A program made the position numbers and the translations under genes. DNA of 64,000 nucleotides from Candidatus Hodarchaeota archaeon. GTDB lineage: Archaea; Asgardarchaeota; Lokiarchaeia; Sigyniarchaeales; SOKP01. The stretch spans positions 96,001-160,000 of the forward strand of contig JBHLJY010000004.1 in the NCBI GenBank assembly GCA_048887225.1. The letters run 5' to 3'. Positions 10,561-18,786 of the stretch are shown here, piece by piece. Below the pieces are notes generated by a model. It saw only the letters and a program-made list of their open reading frames with translations. It was not told the DNA's origin and did not search any database. Every line of letters begins with the position of its first letter. The first letter of the stretch is position 1.

Positions 10561-11949
10561 ATGGAAAGTCTACAAAAATCTTTTGATGTTATTGTTGTTG
10601 GAGCCGGTACTGGTGGAACGACGGCTGCTAGATTTGCATCTCAAAAAGGCTTAGATGTTTGTCTTATTGACAGTAAAGAAAGAAGCCAAATAGGGAATAA
10701 AATATGTGGTGATGCTGTTGGCTCAGAAATATTCGAAATTTTGAACATTAATCCACCTAAAGACGAAGAACTTTCTTGTCATATAAAGGGGGCAAAATTA
10801 TATTCTCCTAATTTAAATAAATGTTTAACATTAACTGACCCAAAACAGGCTGGTTTTATTGTTAATAGACTAGAATTTGGGCAAAGATTACTAAATGAAG
10901 CACTCGATGCTGGTATTGAACAATTTTTAGATAATGCTTCAGCTTTAGATTTACTTTACAAAGGCAACTCCATCTCGGGTTTAAAAGTTCGATTAAAAAA
11001 CGGTGAAATAATAGATCTTAACACGAATTTAATAATAGATGCGAGCGGATTTTATTCTCCTTTACGAAAAACAATAAAAAGTGATTTGATCGAAAAGGAA
11101 ATTTTACATGAAGATTGTATCTTATGTTATCGGGAAATCGTAAAATATTCGACCACAGATCAACAAGTTGAAGACCCCGAATACATTAAAATAATACTTG
11201 ATCAAGAAAAAGCGCCAGGTGGTTACATTTGGTATTTTCCTAAAAACGAAACTTCCGTTAATATTGGATTAGGAATGTTTATGGATTACAAAGGCGAAGT
11301 AAAAGATTACTATCGAAAAAATGTTTTTAATGAGTTTATAAAGACTAATAATTGTGAGGTATTATCCAGTGGAGGTGGTGTCATCCCCGTAAGAAGACCA
11401 CTTTGGTCGTGTGCTGAAAATGGAATCATGTTTGTTGGAGATGCTGCCTGTCACGTCAATCCGCTTCATGGTGGAGGGATAGATCCTTCAATGAGAGCGG
11501 GTTATTACGCTGCTATAACTGCCTTAGATGCCATTCAAAACAACGATTATTCTTTGAAGAAATTATGGGAATACAATTGTAAAATTATGACTAATTTTGG
11601 CGCCGAGTTTGCTTCTCTTGAGTTATTAAGGATTGCATTACAAAAACTCTCAAATGAATCGTTAAATTTTGGTTTGGAAAAAGAATTATTATCTGGTGAT
11701 GAGATATTAGAAATTTCTTCGACTGGGGGTATAAAATTATCGATAATTGATATGGTTGGTAAGGCCATTAAAGGTATAACTAATCCCAAATTATTATTAG
11801 ATTTAAACTATCTTCGCATTAATATGAACAAAATTTTAGAACATTATAAAGACTTTCCAGAAGATCTAGAAGATATTAATGAATTTGAAGTTTGGAAAGA
11901 AGAAACAAATAAAATTTATAATAAAATAAAAAATACATCATTTGGGTAA
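10561..11949 (+). CDS. Geranylgeranyl reductase (DGGGPL reductase family)
   Basis: DVIVVGAGTGG, KICGDAV, PGGYIWYFPK, VGDAACHVNPLHGGGI. Confidence 0.9.
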   Translation: MESLQKSFDVIVVGAGTGGTTAARFASQKGLDVCLIDSKERSQIGNKICGDAVGSEIFEILNINPPKDEELSCHIKGAKLYSPNLNKCLTLTDPKQAGFIVNRLEFGQRLLNEALDAGIEQFLDNASALDLLYKGNSISGLKVRLKNGEIIDLNTNLIIDASGFYSPLRKTIKSDLIEKEILHEDCILCYREIVKYSTTDQQVEDPEYIKIILDQEKAPGGYIWYFPKNETSVNIGLGMFMDYKGEVKDYYRKNVFNEFIKTNNCEVLSSGGGVIPVRRPLWSCAENGIMFVGDAACHVNPLHGGGIDPSMRAGYYAAITALDAIQNNDYSLKKLWEYNCKIMTNFGAEFASLELLRIALQKLSNESLNFGLEKELLSGDEILEISSTGGIKLSIIDMVGKAIKGITNPKLLLDLNYLRINMNKILEHYKDFPEDLEDINEFEVWKEETNKIYNKIKNTSFG

Positions 11950-11992
11950 AGAGTATATAAATGAAATAAAAATTTTTAAAGAAGTGTTATTT

Positions 11993-12811
11993 ATGGTTAA
12001 TATCTTGATTGATGAACCTTCAACAAGCACGTACGAATATATTATAGATAAACTTAATAATGAGGGCGCTCTTCATTTTTCTTTAATCGATCCAGACCCA
12101 ATTCGACAAAGCCCACGAAAATCTGGCGAAATGGCGAAATTAGCCGTAGAGGCTGGAACAGATGCTATATTAGTTGGAGGGAGTACTGTATTTGACCAAG
12201 CGTTTGTAGATAAGACAATTGAGATAATTAAAAATAATATACATGTGCCAATTATTATTTTTCCTGGTGGTATTTCTAACATATCAGCTAGAGCCGATGC
12301 CATCTTTTTTATGTCTTTATTAAATTCAACAGATCCCTATTTTATAATAGGTCAACAAGCTATTGGTTCGTATACTGTTAAAATGGCGAATCTTGAGTAT
12401 ATCTCGACTGGTTATCTAATAATAGAACCAGGTGCTACAGCTGGATGGATTGGAAATGCGAAATTATTGCCTAGAAAAAAACCAAAATTAACTGCTGCTT
12501 ACGCGTTAGCTGCGGAAATGTTTGGCTTTAAATTGATTTATTTAGAAGCTGGTTCTGGTAGTGAAAGTCTACCCCCTGAAATTTTAAAAATTTGTAAAAA
12601 AATAATAAAAATTCCCATAATTGCTGGAGGGGGGATTCAAACCAAAGAAGAAGCAAGGGAACTCGTTGAATCGGGAGCTGACATAATTGTTATGGGGTCA
12701 TTTTTAGAAGATAATATTTTAAACGATAAAGGAGCTTCTCTGAAAGCGATAATTGACGAAATTAAGGACACGGGCAAAAATTCTTGTTCTAAAAAAAATT
12801 TCAAAAAATAG
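11993..12811 (+). CDS. Geranylgeranylglyceryl phosphate synthase (GGGPS/PcrB family)
   Basis: HFSLIDPD, DAILVGGS, FMSLLNS, IYLEAGSG, GGGI; ATG 11993 preferred over TTG 11942. Confidence 0.92.
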   Translation: MVNILIDEPSTSTYEYIIDKLNNEGALHFSLIDPDPIRQSPRKSGEMAKLAVEAGTDAILVGGSTVFDQAFVDKTIEIIKNNIHVPIIIFPGGISNISARADAIFFMSLLNSTDPYFIIGQQAIGSYTVKMANLEYISTGYLIIEPGATAGWIGNAKLLPRKKPKLTAAYALAAEMFGFKLIYLEAGSGSESLPPEILKICKKIIKIPIIAGGGIQTKEEARELVESGADIIVMGSFLEDNILNDKGASLKAIIDEIKDTGKNSCSKKNFKK

Positions 12812-12901
12812 AAGATATCAGAAGAATTTACTAAATATTTATTAAATCTATTGACGAAATTATATTATTTTATTCGAAATTAAATTTTAAAAAGAATTAA
12901 C

Positions 12902-14302
12902 ATGACTGAAAAAAAAATGGAAATCAAATCACCTTCAAAAAAAAAAATGGCAGCATATGGATGTGGCCAAATATCAGATCAAGGAGCATACCAAGCCTTT
13001 ACATTATTAGTATTTACGTTTTATTTTACCATTGTTGAAATTAATGTTTTATATATCGCTATTGGCTTTATTATATGGTCTATTTGGAATAGCTTAAACG
13101 ATCCAATACTAGGATACTTTTCGGACAGAACACATACAAAATGGGGTCGTAGGAGGCCCTATATTATGGTAGCTCTAATACCATTAGGGGTAATTATGAT
13201 TTTGCTGTTCACACCCCCCTTAGTTATAGGCATAAAGGATGAAATTGCAAACTTTATATATTTTATCATTATAATTATCATTTTTGAATTATTTTATACT
13301 ATGTTTAGTTTAAATTTGACTTCATTGTTTCCAGAGGTATTTATTACTGAGGAAGAAAGGACGGCAGCAAACAATATAAGACAGGGTCTTCTTATCATTG
13401 GATTACTTTTTGCTTTTGTTTTGCCTGGATTAATAATCCCAGATTATACAAAATCAGAATATTTACCACAGTATTTTTTATTTGGCATAATAATAGGAAT
13501 AATTATCATTATCGGAGGCATTATAGTGCTAAGACTTGGTCCAAAAGAAAAAGCAGAATTTCGAGATGAGTATAAAAATGCACCCGGCTTAAAAGACTCA
13601 ATAAAATTATGCGTTAAGAGTAAATCGTTTATGTGGTATATTCCGGCAGAAATCGCTAATTGGTTTGTATATGGCATGTTAGCTGTAATTGTGATTCTTT
13701 ACGCTAAATTCGTGTTAGGCATTCAGGACACATTAATTCAAGCATTATTACTAGGAATTGCGTTTTTATCATCAGTTATTTTCATTACCTTATTATGGAA
13801 ACCTGTTGTTAGAAGAATAGGCCCTAGAAAATCTTGGTTGCTTTCAATGTCAATATGGATTATAACGCTTATACCACTCTTGTTTATTCAAGATCCTATA
13901 TCAGGAATGATTGTATTTTTCTTAGTTGGAATAGGTTTAGCAGGTTCTTTATATATCATCGATTTAATTATTTCGGACATTGTTGATGAGGACGAGTTGA
14001 ATACAGGAGTCCGCAGGGAAGCTGCATATTATGGTGTAAACGCTTTCTTTTTGCGACTTTCAACGGTATTTGTATTTATAGCCATAGGTTTGGTATTTAC
14101 TACAACTGGCTGGGGAGAGTACACCCCAAATCCTGGAACTGATGTAATTTTAGGATTAAGGATTTTAATGGCAGTTTTTCCATCAATAGCGTTATTAATT
14201 GCTATTTTAGTTATATATAAATATCCTTTGGATGGTGAAAGGCTCAGAAAGGTAAAAGAGGACTTACAAAAACTTCACGAAGAGAAAAAATCTAAAATCT
14301 AA
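12902..14302 (+). CDS. MFS transporter, glycoside-pentoside-hexuronide (MelB-like) family
   Basis: About 12 TM; NDPILGYFSDRTHTKWGRRRPY, DIVDEDE...RREAAYYG. Confidence 0.9.
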   Translation: MTEKKMEIKSPSKKKMAAYGCGQISDQGAYQAFTLLVFTFYFTIVEINVLYIAIGFIIWSIWNSLNDPILGYFSDRTHTKWGRRRPYIMVALIPLGVIMILLFTPPLVIGIKDEIANFIYFIIIIIIFELFYTMFSLNLTSLFPEVFITEEERTAANNIRQGLLIIGLLFAFVLPGLIIPDYTKSEYLPQYFLFGIIIGIIIIIGGIIVLRLGPKEKAEFRDEYKNAPGLKDSIKLCVKSKSFMWYIPAEIANWFVYGMLAVIVILYAKFVLGIQDTLIQALLLGIAFLSSVIFITLLWKPVVRRIGPRKSWLLSMSIWIITLIPLLFIQDPISGMIVFFLVGIGLAGSLYIIDLIISDIVDEDELNTGVRREAAYYGVNAFFLRLSTVFVFIAIGLVFTTTGWGEYTPNPGTDVILGLRILMAVFPSIALLIAILVIYKYPLDGERLRKVKEDLQKLHEEKKSKI

Positions 14303-14342
14303 TCTCTTTCTATTTTTTTTCTAAAATAAAAAAAAAGAATTT
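14203..14342 (+). repeat. ~140-bp direct repeat copy 1 (MFS 3' end plus T/A-rich terminator region)
   Basis: Matches 15020-15160 with 4 substitutions in the coding part and a 1-nt A-run difference. Confidence 0.95.
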
Positions 14343-14391
14343 GAATATAATTATTTTTTTACTTCTATTTTGATGTTTTACCTTTTATAGA

Positions 14392-14727
14392 TTACTCACG
14401 CTCCATTACTCCAGGTATTGCTTTTATAAACATCTGATTTAATTTCGTAGAATCTGCTTCATTTAATACCGGATAAGTCTCCATTGAAAATACACCCTGA
14501 AAATACATTGTAATTAGAGATGTCTCAACGAAGTCTTTTTCATCTATTTCATAAATAACAATACTTAAATTATTGTATGGGCAAAAATTTTGTGAAATTA
14601 TTTTTATTTTTGCCGCTGCAGCTAGTATTTCTTTCGGTGCTGTTCTATTCGGTAAAGATTGCGTTATTTGAAATGCTTCTCTTGCATTTTCAGGTTTCCA
14701 CCTAAAAATAGTTACATATCTAGCCAT
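14392..14727 (-). CDS. Small hypothetical protein, DUF3303-like
   Basis: 111 aa, GAGGT SD upstream; MARYVTIFRWKPEN...SMETYPVL resembles DUF3303-type proteins. Confidence 0.65.
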   Translation of the reverse strand: MARYVTIFRWKPENAREAFQITQSLPNRTAPKEILAAAAKIKIISQNFCPYNNLSIVIYEIDEKDFVETSLITMYFQGVFSMETYPVLNEADSTKLNQMFIKAIPGVMERE

Positions 14728-14827
14728 AAAATTTCAACCTCATTTTAATTTATTTTATTTTTTAATATTTTGATAGGAATCGCCTTTTCGTTCCTATAGC
14801 TTTTTTTTTGGATTTCATTTAAATTTC

Positions 14828-14874
14828 ATCCATAAATTTGGATTAAATAAAAAATTGACGAATAAGTATTTAAA
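14828..14874 (-). promoter_or_regulatory. Shared promoter: TATA (TTTAAATA), GTCAATTTTTT, degenerate palindrome
   Basis: Same module at 15567-15616 and 23926-23972; this copy lacks 2 nt of the palindrome. Confidence 0.7.
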
Positions 14875-15017
14875 TGTTTTACATTTTTGTAATAGGCGAT
14901 TTAGAAAGAAACTCAAGAAATTATCTATTTAGTTCAAGATATAAGACTCTATTTCTTATGATTTCTCTCTTAAGAACATCATTCCATTTAAAAGAAACTT
15001 ACTCAGAAATTTGTCGG
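14871..15017. repeat. 147-bp non-coding repeat, copy A
   Basis: Near-identical to 17172-17318; partial copy at 15613-15688. Confidence 0.95.
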
Positions 15018-15019
15018 AG

Positions 15020-15160
15020 TATTTTAGTTATATATAAATATCCCTTGGATGGTGAAAGGCTCAGAAAAGTAAAAGAGGACTTACATAAACTTCACGAAGA
15101 GAAGAAATCTAAAATCTAATCTCTTTCTATTTTTTTTCTAAAATAAAAAAAAAAGAATTT
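15020..15160 (+). repeat. ~140-bp direct repeat copy 2 (orphan MFS 3' end)
   Basis: Encodes ILVIYKYPLDGERLRKVKEDLHKLHEEKKSKI*, the MFS C-terminus, without the rest of the gene. Confidence 0.95.
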
Positions 15161-15203
15161 TAAATTTTAAATTACTAAGGCTTTTCTAGTTTTTATTGCC
15201 TCT

Positions 15204-15530
15204 TTATTCTGGCATCTTCATTCCAATCATTTCCAAGGCCTCTCCTACCTTGAACCTTACCTCTACAGTATAACTATATCCCTTAATATCATGGAATTTT
15301 GTCATATATTTTTGTTCAGCGAGTAATAATTCTTTTAAATTACCTTCCTTTACATCATGAACACCAGTAACTTCTATATAATCTTTTCTTGCTTTTACAG
15401 CATTTGGAATAATTTCTTTGGATAAACCTCTTATCGAGGATCTATATTCTTTAATAGTTTCAACGTATATCTTTGCAACTTCAGTACCCTGATTATACGG
15501 GAGAAAGCCAGTTGTAAACACATAGGGCAT
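15204..15530 (-). CDS. Small hypothetical protein (108 aa)
   Basis: GAGGT SD 6-7 nt upstream of ATG, shared promoter upstream, protein-like composition. Confidence 0.7.
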   Translation of the reverse strand: MPYVFTTGFLPYNQGTEVAKIYVETIKEYRSSIRGLSKEIIPNAVKARKDYIEVTGVHDVKEGNLKELLLAEQKYMTKFHDIKGYSYTVEVRFKVGEALEMIGMKMPE

Positions 15531-15566
15531 ACTTTTTACCTCAATTTTTATTTTTTAATTGGATTC

Positions 15567-15616
15567 AATCCATAAATTTATGGATTAAATAAAAAATTGA
15601 CAAAAAAGTATTTAAA
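15567..15616 (-). promoter_or_regulatory. Shared promoter with perfect 20-bp palindrome AATCCATAAATTTATGGATT (15567-15586)
   Basis: Palindrome read directly; TTTAAATA box about 30 nt upstream on the minus strand. Confidence 0.75.
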
Positions 15617-15688
15617 TGTTTTATATTTTTGTAATAGGTGATTCAGAAACAAAATCAAGAAATTATCTATTTTGTTCAAGATATAAGA
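15613..15688. repeat. 147-bp repeat, truncated diverged copy B
   Basis: taaatgttttatatttttgtaataggtgattcagaaac...ttcaagatataaga aligns to the first half of copies A and C. Confidence 0.85.
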
Positions 15689-15749
15689 TAGAAATAAAAA
15701 AAAAAATTATTAGGATTTTTATTATAATCTTAGCTAAACTTGCGCCTTT

Positions 15750-16784
15750 TTAATTAACTTTAACGATCCAGTCAAACTCATCCTTAATATCTAACCGCTG
15801 TATCCCCGTTAGTTTATTATAAAGTTTTAATGTGATTTTTCCGGGTTTTCGATTGTTAAAAGTTTTTGTTTTATCCTTCATGGTAATGGATCCTATAGGC
15901 GTAATGACTGCTGCTGTACCGGTACAAAATGCTTCAGTGCACGATTCGTTAAACAATTCTTTATAAGAAATATCCCTTTCTATAGTTTCGATGCCTATTT
16001 TCTTTTCAGAAATTTCCAATATAGATTTAAGAGTTATTCCTTCGAGTATCGTTCCATCCATTTTTGGTGTAATCAATTTATTCTCTATTATACAGCAAAA
16101 GTTTGCAGCACCAACTTCGTTTATATATTCCATGTGAACCGAGTCCAAATAAAGAATCTGAGAAAATCCCTTTTCTTTTGCTAATTTTGCTGGTTTCATA
16201 GTACCAGCATAATTACTACAGGTCTTTGAAAAACCTGTACCCCCTGGACTTGAACGCGTATATATATTTGAAATTTCCAAATCAATTGCTTTAAAGCCAT
16301 CTGGAAAATAAGGACCTACTGGTGAACTGTAAATTATGAATTTATATTCTTGTGCGGGTGCAATGCCAAGCATAGGACCACTACCAATCATCAAAGGCCG
16401 TATATATAAAGAACCACCACTGTCATATGGGGGTATAAAATCTACGTTTGCTTTGACGATTTGTTTAACTCTTTCAACAAATTCAATCTCATCATATCTC
16501 GGCATTAAAAGCCTATCAGCGCTTTTATTAAATCTTTTTGCATTCTCGTATGGACGAAATAAAGTTATTTCACCCTTTTTGGTTTTTAACGCTTTCATTC
16601 CTTCAAAGATTCCTTGACCATAATTTAATATACATGCTGCGGGAGATATTTCAAAAGACCCAAAAGGCAAAAATTTACCATCATCCCACTTACCATCCTT
16701 ATAATCTGAAATAAACATTGTATCAGTTTCAATGAATTCAAAGCTAAGATTATAAAAATCTATACCTAAATTTTTTGATTGCAT
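15750..16784 (-). CDS. ilvE: Branched-chain amino acid aminotransferase (fold-type IV)
   Basis: LNYGQGIFEGMKA, LYIRPLMIG, KTCSNYA (PLP Lys), EVGAANF, ILEGIT, CTGTAAVITPIG. Confidence 0.93.
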   Translation of the reverse strand: MQSKNLGIDFYNLSFEFIETDTMFISDYKDGKWDDGKFLPFGSFEISPAACILNYGQGIFEGMKALKTKKGEITLFRPYENAKRFNKSADRLLMPRYDEIEFVERVKQIVKANVDFIPPYDSGGSLYIRPLMIGSGPMLGIAPAQEYKFIIYSSPVGPYFPDGFKAIDLEISNIYTRSSPGGTGFSKTCSNYAGTMKPAKLAKEKGFSQILYLDSVHMEYINEVGAANFCCIIENKLITPKMDGTILEGITLKSILEISEKKIGIETIERDISYKELFNESCTEAFCTGTAAVITPIGSITMKDKTKTFNNRKPGKITLKLYNKLTGIQRLDIKDEFDWIVKVN

Positions 16785-16949
16785 TTTGATTTACTCTCTT
16801 TTATATTTTGATTTTTGAATAACCCCTAAAAAACAATGCTTAATTCCATGACCTCTTTCTATATAAAATTCCTTTAGAATTTTATTAACCCACAAGATCC
16901 CAAATCCGTAGAAAATTATTAAGAAAAAGTTAGGAAAAGCTATCTTGTT

Positions 16950-17042
16950 TTATAATACTACTGCAGCAGCGGCAGCATCAGCTGCAATATAGTCTAAATT
17001 AATTACAAACGCTTTAATAGTAATATTATAATTAGAGGTCAT
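16950..17042 (-). CDS. Putative ilvE leader peptide (30 aa): MTSNYNITIKAFVINLDYIAADAAAAAVVL
   Basis: Manual translation; ATG 31 nt downstream of the start of a BRE/TATA; Ala run plus I/V/L-rich; ends 165 nt upstream of ilvE. Confidence 0.65.
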   Translation of the reverse strand: MTSNYNITIKAFVINLDYIAADAAAAAVVL

Positions 17043-17065
17043 TATAACACAATTATTTTATAGTA

Positions 17066-17080
17066 TATTTAAACTTTATT
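17066..17080 (-). promoter_or_regulatory. BRE-TATA (AATAAAG-TTTAAATA) for leader/ilvE transcript
   Basis: Consensus archaeal TATA; spacing predicts transcription start at or near the leader ATG. Confidence 0.65.
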
Positions 17081-17171
17081 TGAAAAATGGGCATTTATTC
17101 CCGCGGATTATTGTCGGGAATAGATTTTTGATTTCTATCTCTAAAAGCTTCTTTTTATTAGATATTCTATA

Positions 17172-17318
17172 TAAATGTTTTACATTTTTGTAATAGGCGA
17201 TTTAGAAAGAAAATCAAGAAATTATCTATTTAGTTCAAGATATAAGACTCTATTTCTTATGATCCCTCTCATAAGAACACCATTCCATTTGAAAGAAACT
17301 TACTCAGAAATTTGTCGG
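17172..17318. repeat. 147-bp non-coding repeat, copy C
   Basis: Near-identical to 14871-15017; contains a perfect 9-bp hairpin TTCTTATGA/TCATAAGAA (17254-17277). Confidence 0.95.
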
Positions 17319-17572
17319 TGTTATATGATTTTTTAATAATTGCTGGTTTTTTATACCAAAATTGAAAAAAGATAGTAAATCTTAACCGAGTTTTGATTTA
17401 TATATTATTAACGCACTTTTAGAATAATGAAGAAATTTAAGGAGTATCTTTATGATTTTTTTGAAATGATAATTCTATTTCTTTTATTTAATCTCGAGAA
17501 ATATAGCAAGAAATTTGGAGATAATAATTTGAATAGAAATGAAAGAAAATAGAATTTAAATATAAAAATCTC

Positions 17573-18307
17573 TTAATGTATAACTATTTCTTCTTTTTCC
17601 TTTTTCATTATTTTAGAGATTTTTTTTATGACCTTTTTATGTGTTAATACATAACCGGTAAGCAAACCAAATGATTTTAAAGCAGCTTCATGAATCTCAG
17701 GGGCCCAAGCTGCGCAACAGTCTTCCACAATAACAACTTGAAAACCATAGTCAGCAGCCTCTCGTGCTGTTGCGTATACGCAAAAATTCGTCACTACTCC
17801 TGTTACTAAAACTGTCTCAATATCCATATTTCTTAAAAAACTATCAAGTCTTGTAGAAATGAAAGTTCCACTCGTGTTTTTCTGGATAACGAAATCCCTA
17901 TCTTCGGGCTTTAATTCATCAATTATATCGGAGCTGTGGTGAGAGATATAAGGAAATGCGACTTCTCCTACGAGATTTTTGGTAAAATCATTTAAAAACT
18001 TGACAGTTCGACTAATATCACTCCCATCAGGCATAAAACTCGAAAATTTTGTGTATATTACTGGGATTCTAACTTCATTACAATAATCGATCAATTTTCG
18101 TAGATTTGGAATAACTTTGTTTTCCACTTCCTCTACAAAATAATCTAATATTCCTGGAGTAATGTTATTCATTACTTTATATACAGCATAATCTTTCTGT
18201 ACTTGATATTTTTGCATATCAACAACAATCAAGGCTGTCTTTTTCGGTATCATATCATCTATTAGCCTTTGGTGAAATTTATAAAAATTATTAATCCTTT
18301 CCTCCAT
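17573..18307 (-). CDS. Isochorismatase-family cysteine hydrolase
   Basis: ALIVVDMQ (Asp), QKNTSGTF (Lys), GVVTNFCV (Cys); start ATG 18307 or GTG 18331. Confidence 0.88.
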   Translation of the reverse strand: MEERINNFYKFHQRLIDDMIPKKTALIVVDMQKYQVQKDYAVYKVMNNITPGILDYFVEEVENKVIPNLRKLIDYCNEVRIPVIYTKFSSFMPDGSDISRTVKFLNDFTKNLVGEVAFPYISHHSSDIIDELKPEDRDFVIQKNTSGTFISTRLDSFLRNMDIETVLVTGVVTNFCVYATAREAADYGFQVVIVEDCCAAWAPEIHEAALKSFGLLTGYVLTHKKVIKKISKIMKKEKEEIVIH

Positions 18308-18428
18308 AAAACCACATACTTTTTTTTTCACTAATTTGTAAATTTTGGATATATATGCTAATTTTAATACCTTTCAATTTAAAACTTATGGAAAGATAAA
18401 AAAAGGGTATCTTAAGAAAGAATTTAAA

Positions 18429-18662
18429 TTACGCTATGACTTCACTTTTTTCTAAGACCCAATTGTCAATTATAAAACTTTGAGTTAAATCTTTTGTGCT
18501 TTCAAATTTTGAGTGGATTTTTGATTTTGGAATCCATAATTCTTCTCCGCTCGCAAAATTAATGAGCAACGCTTTGGGAGTTTCGGCTTTTATTGAGCCT
18601 TCAAGACGAATGCACTCTTTGTTATCTATCGTAACTTCTTCTCTAACTAAAGTCTTTTTAAT
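18429..18662 (-). CDS. Small hypothetical protein (~77 aa), missed by ORF track
   Basis: Manual translation ...LVREEVTIDNKECIRLEGSIKAETPKALLINFASGEELWIPKSKIHSKF...FIIDNWVLEKSEVIA*; no ATG/GTG/TTG near the 5' end. Confidence 0.6.
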   Translation of the reverse strand: MKKTLVREEVTIDNKECIRLEGSIKAETPKALLINFASGEELWIPKSKIHSKFESTKDLTQSFIIDNWVLEKSEVIA

Positions 18663-18786
18663 AGTGAAATTACATAAATGTAAAATATTTTAATTAAAAT
18701 AACTGATTATTAATCATACTTCAAATTTATTATAAGAAATTCAAAATTGATAATAAAGGAAAAATTGCGGTAATTAACGCAGGATT

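Noticed and set aside
14874-15119. 81-aa ORF ending in the MFS C-terminus
   Set aside because: Chance fusion of the non-coding 147-bp repeat with the duplicated MFS tail; treated as repeat sequence, not a gene.
16818-16850. Second tiny ORF (MELSIVF) in the ilvE leader after AGAGGT
   Set aside because: SD-to-ATG spacing is only 1 nt and the ORF has 7 codons; better explained as the pairing partner of the leader 5' end.
17093-17125. Possible SECIS element or tRNA fragment
   Set aside because: No UGA-interrupted gene was found nearby, and no SECIS core or cloverleaf could be drawn.
14203-17318. CRISPR array, integron or IS interpretation of the repeats
   Set aside because: The repeats are 75-150 bp with only 2-3 copies and no regular spacers; no cas, integrase or transposase gene and no terminal inverted repeats were seen.
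18496-18693. 65-aa plus-strand ORF
   Set aside because: Antisense shadow of the more protein-like minus-strand frame at 18429-18662.
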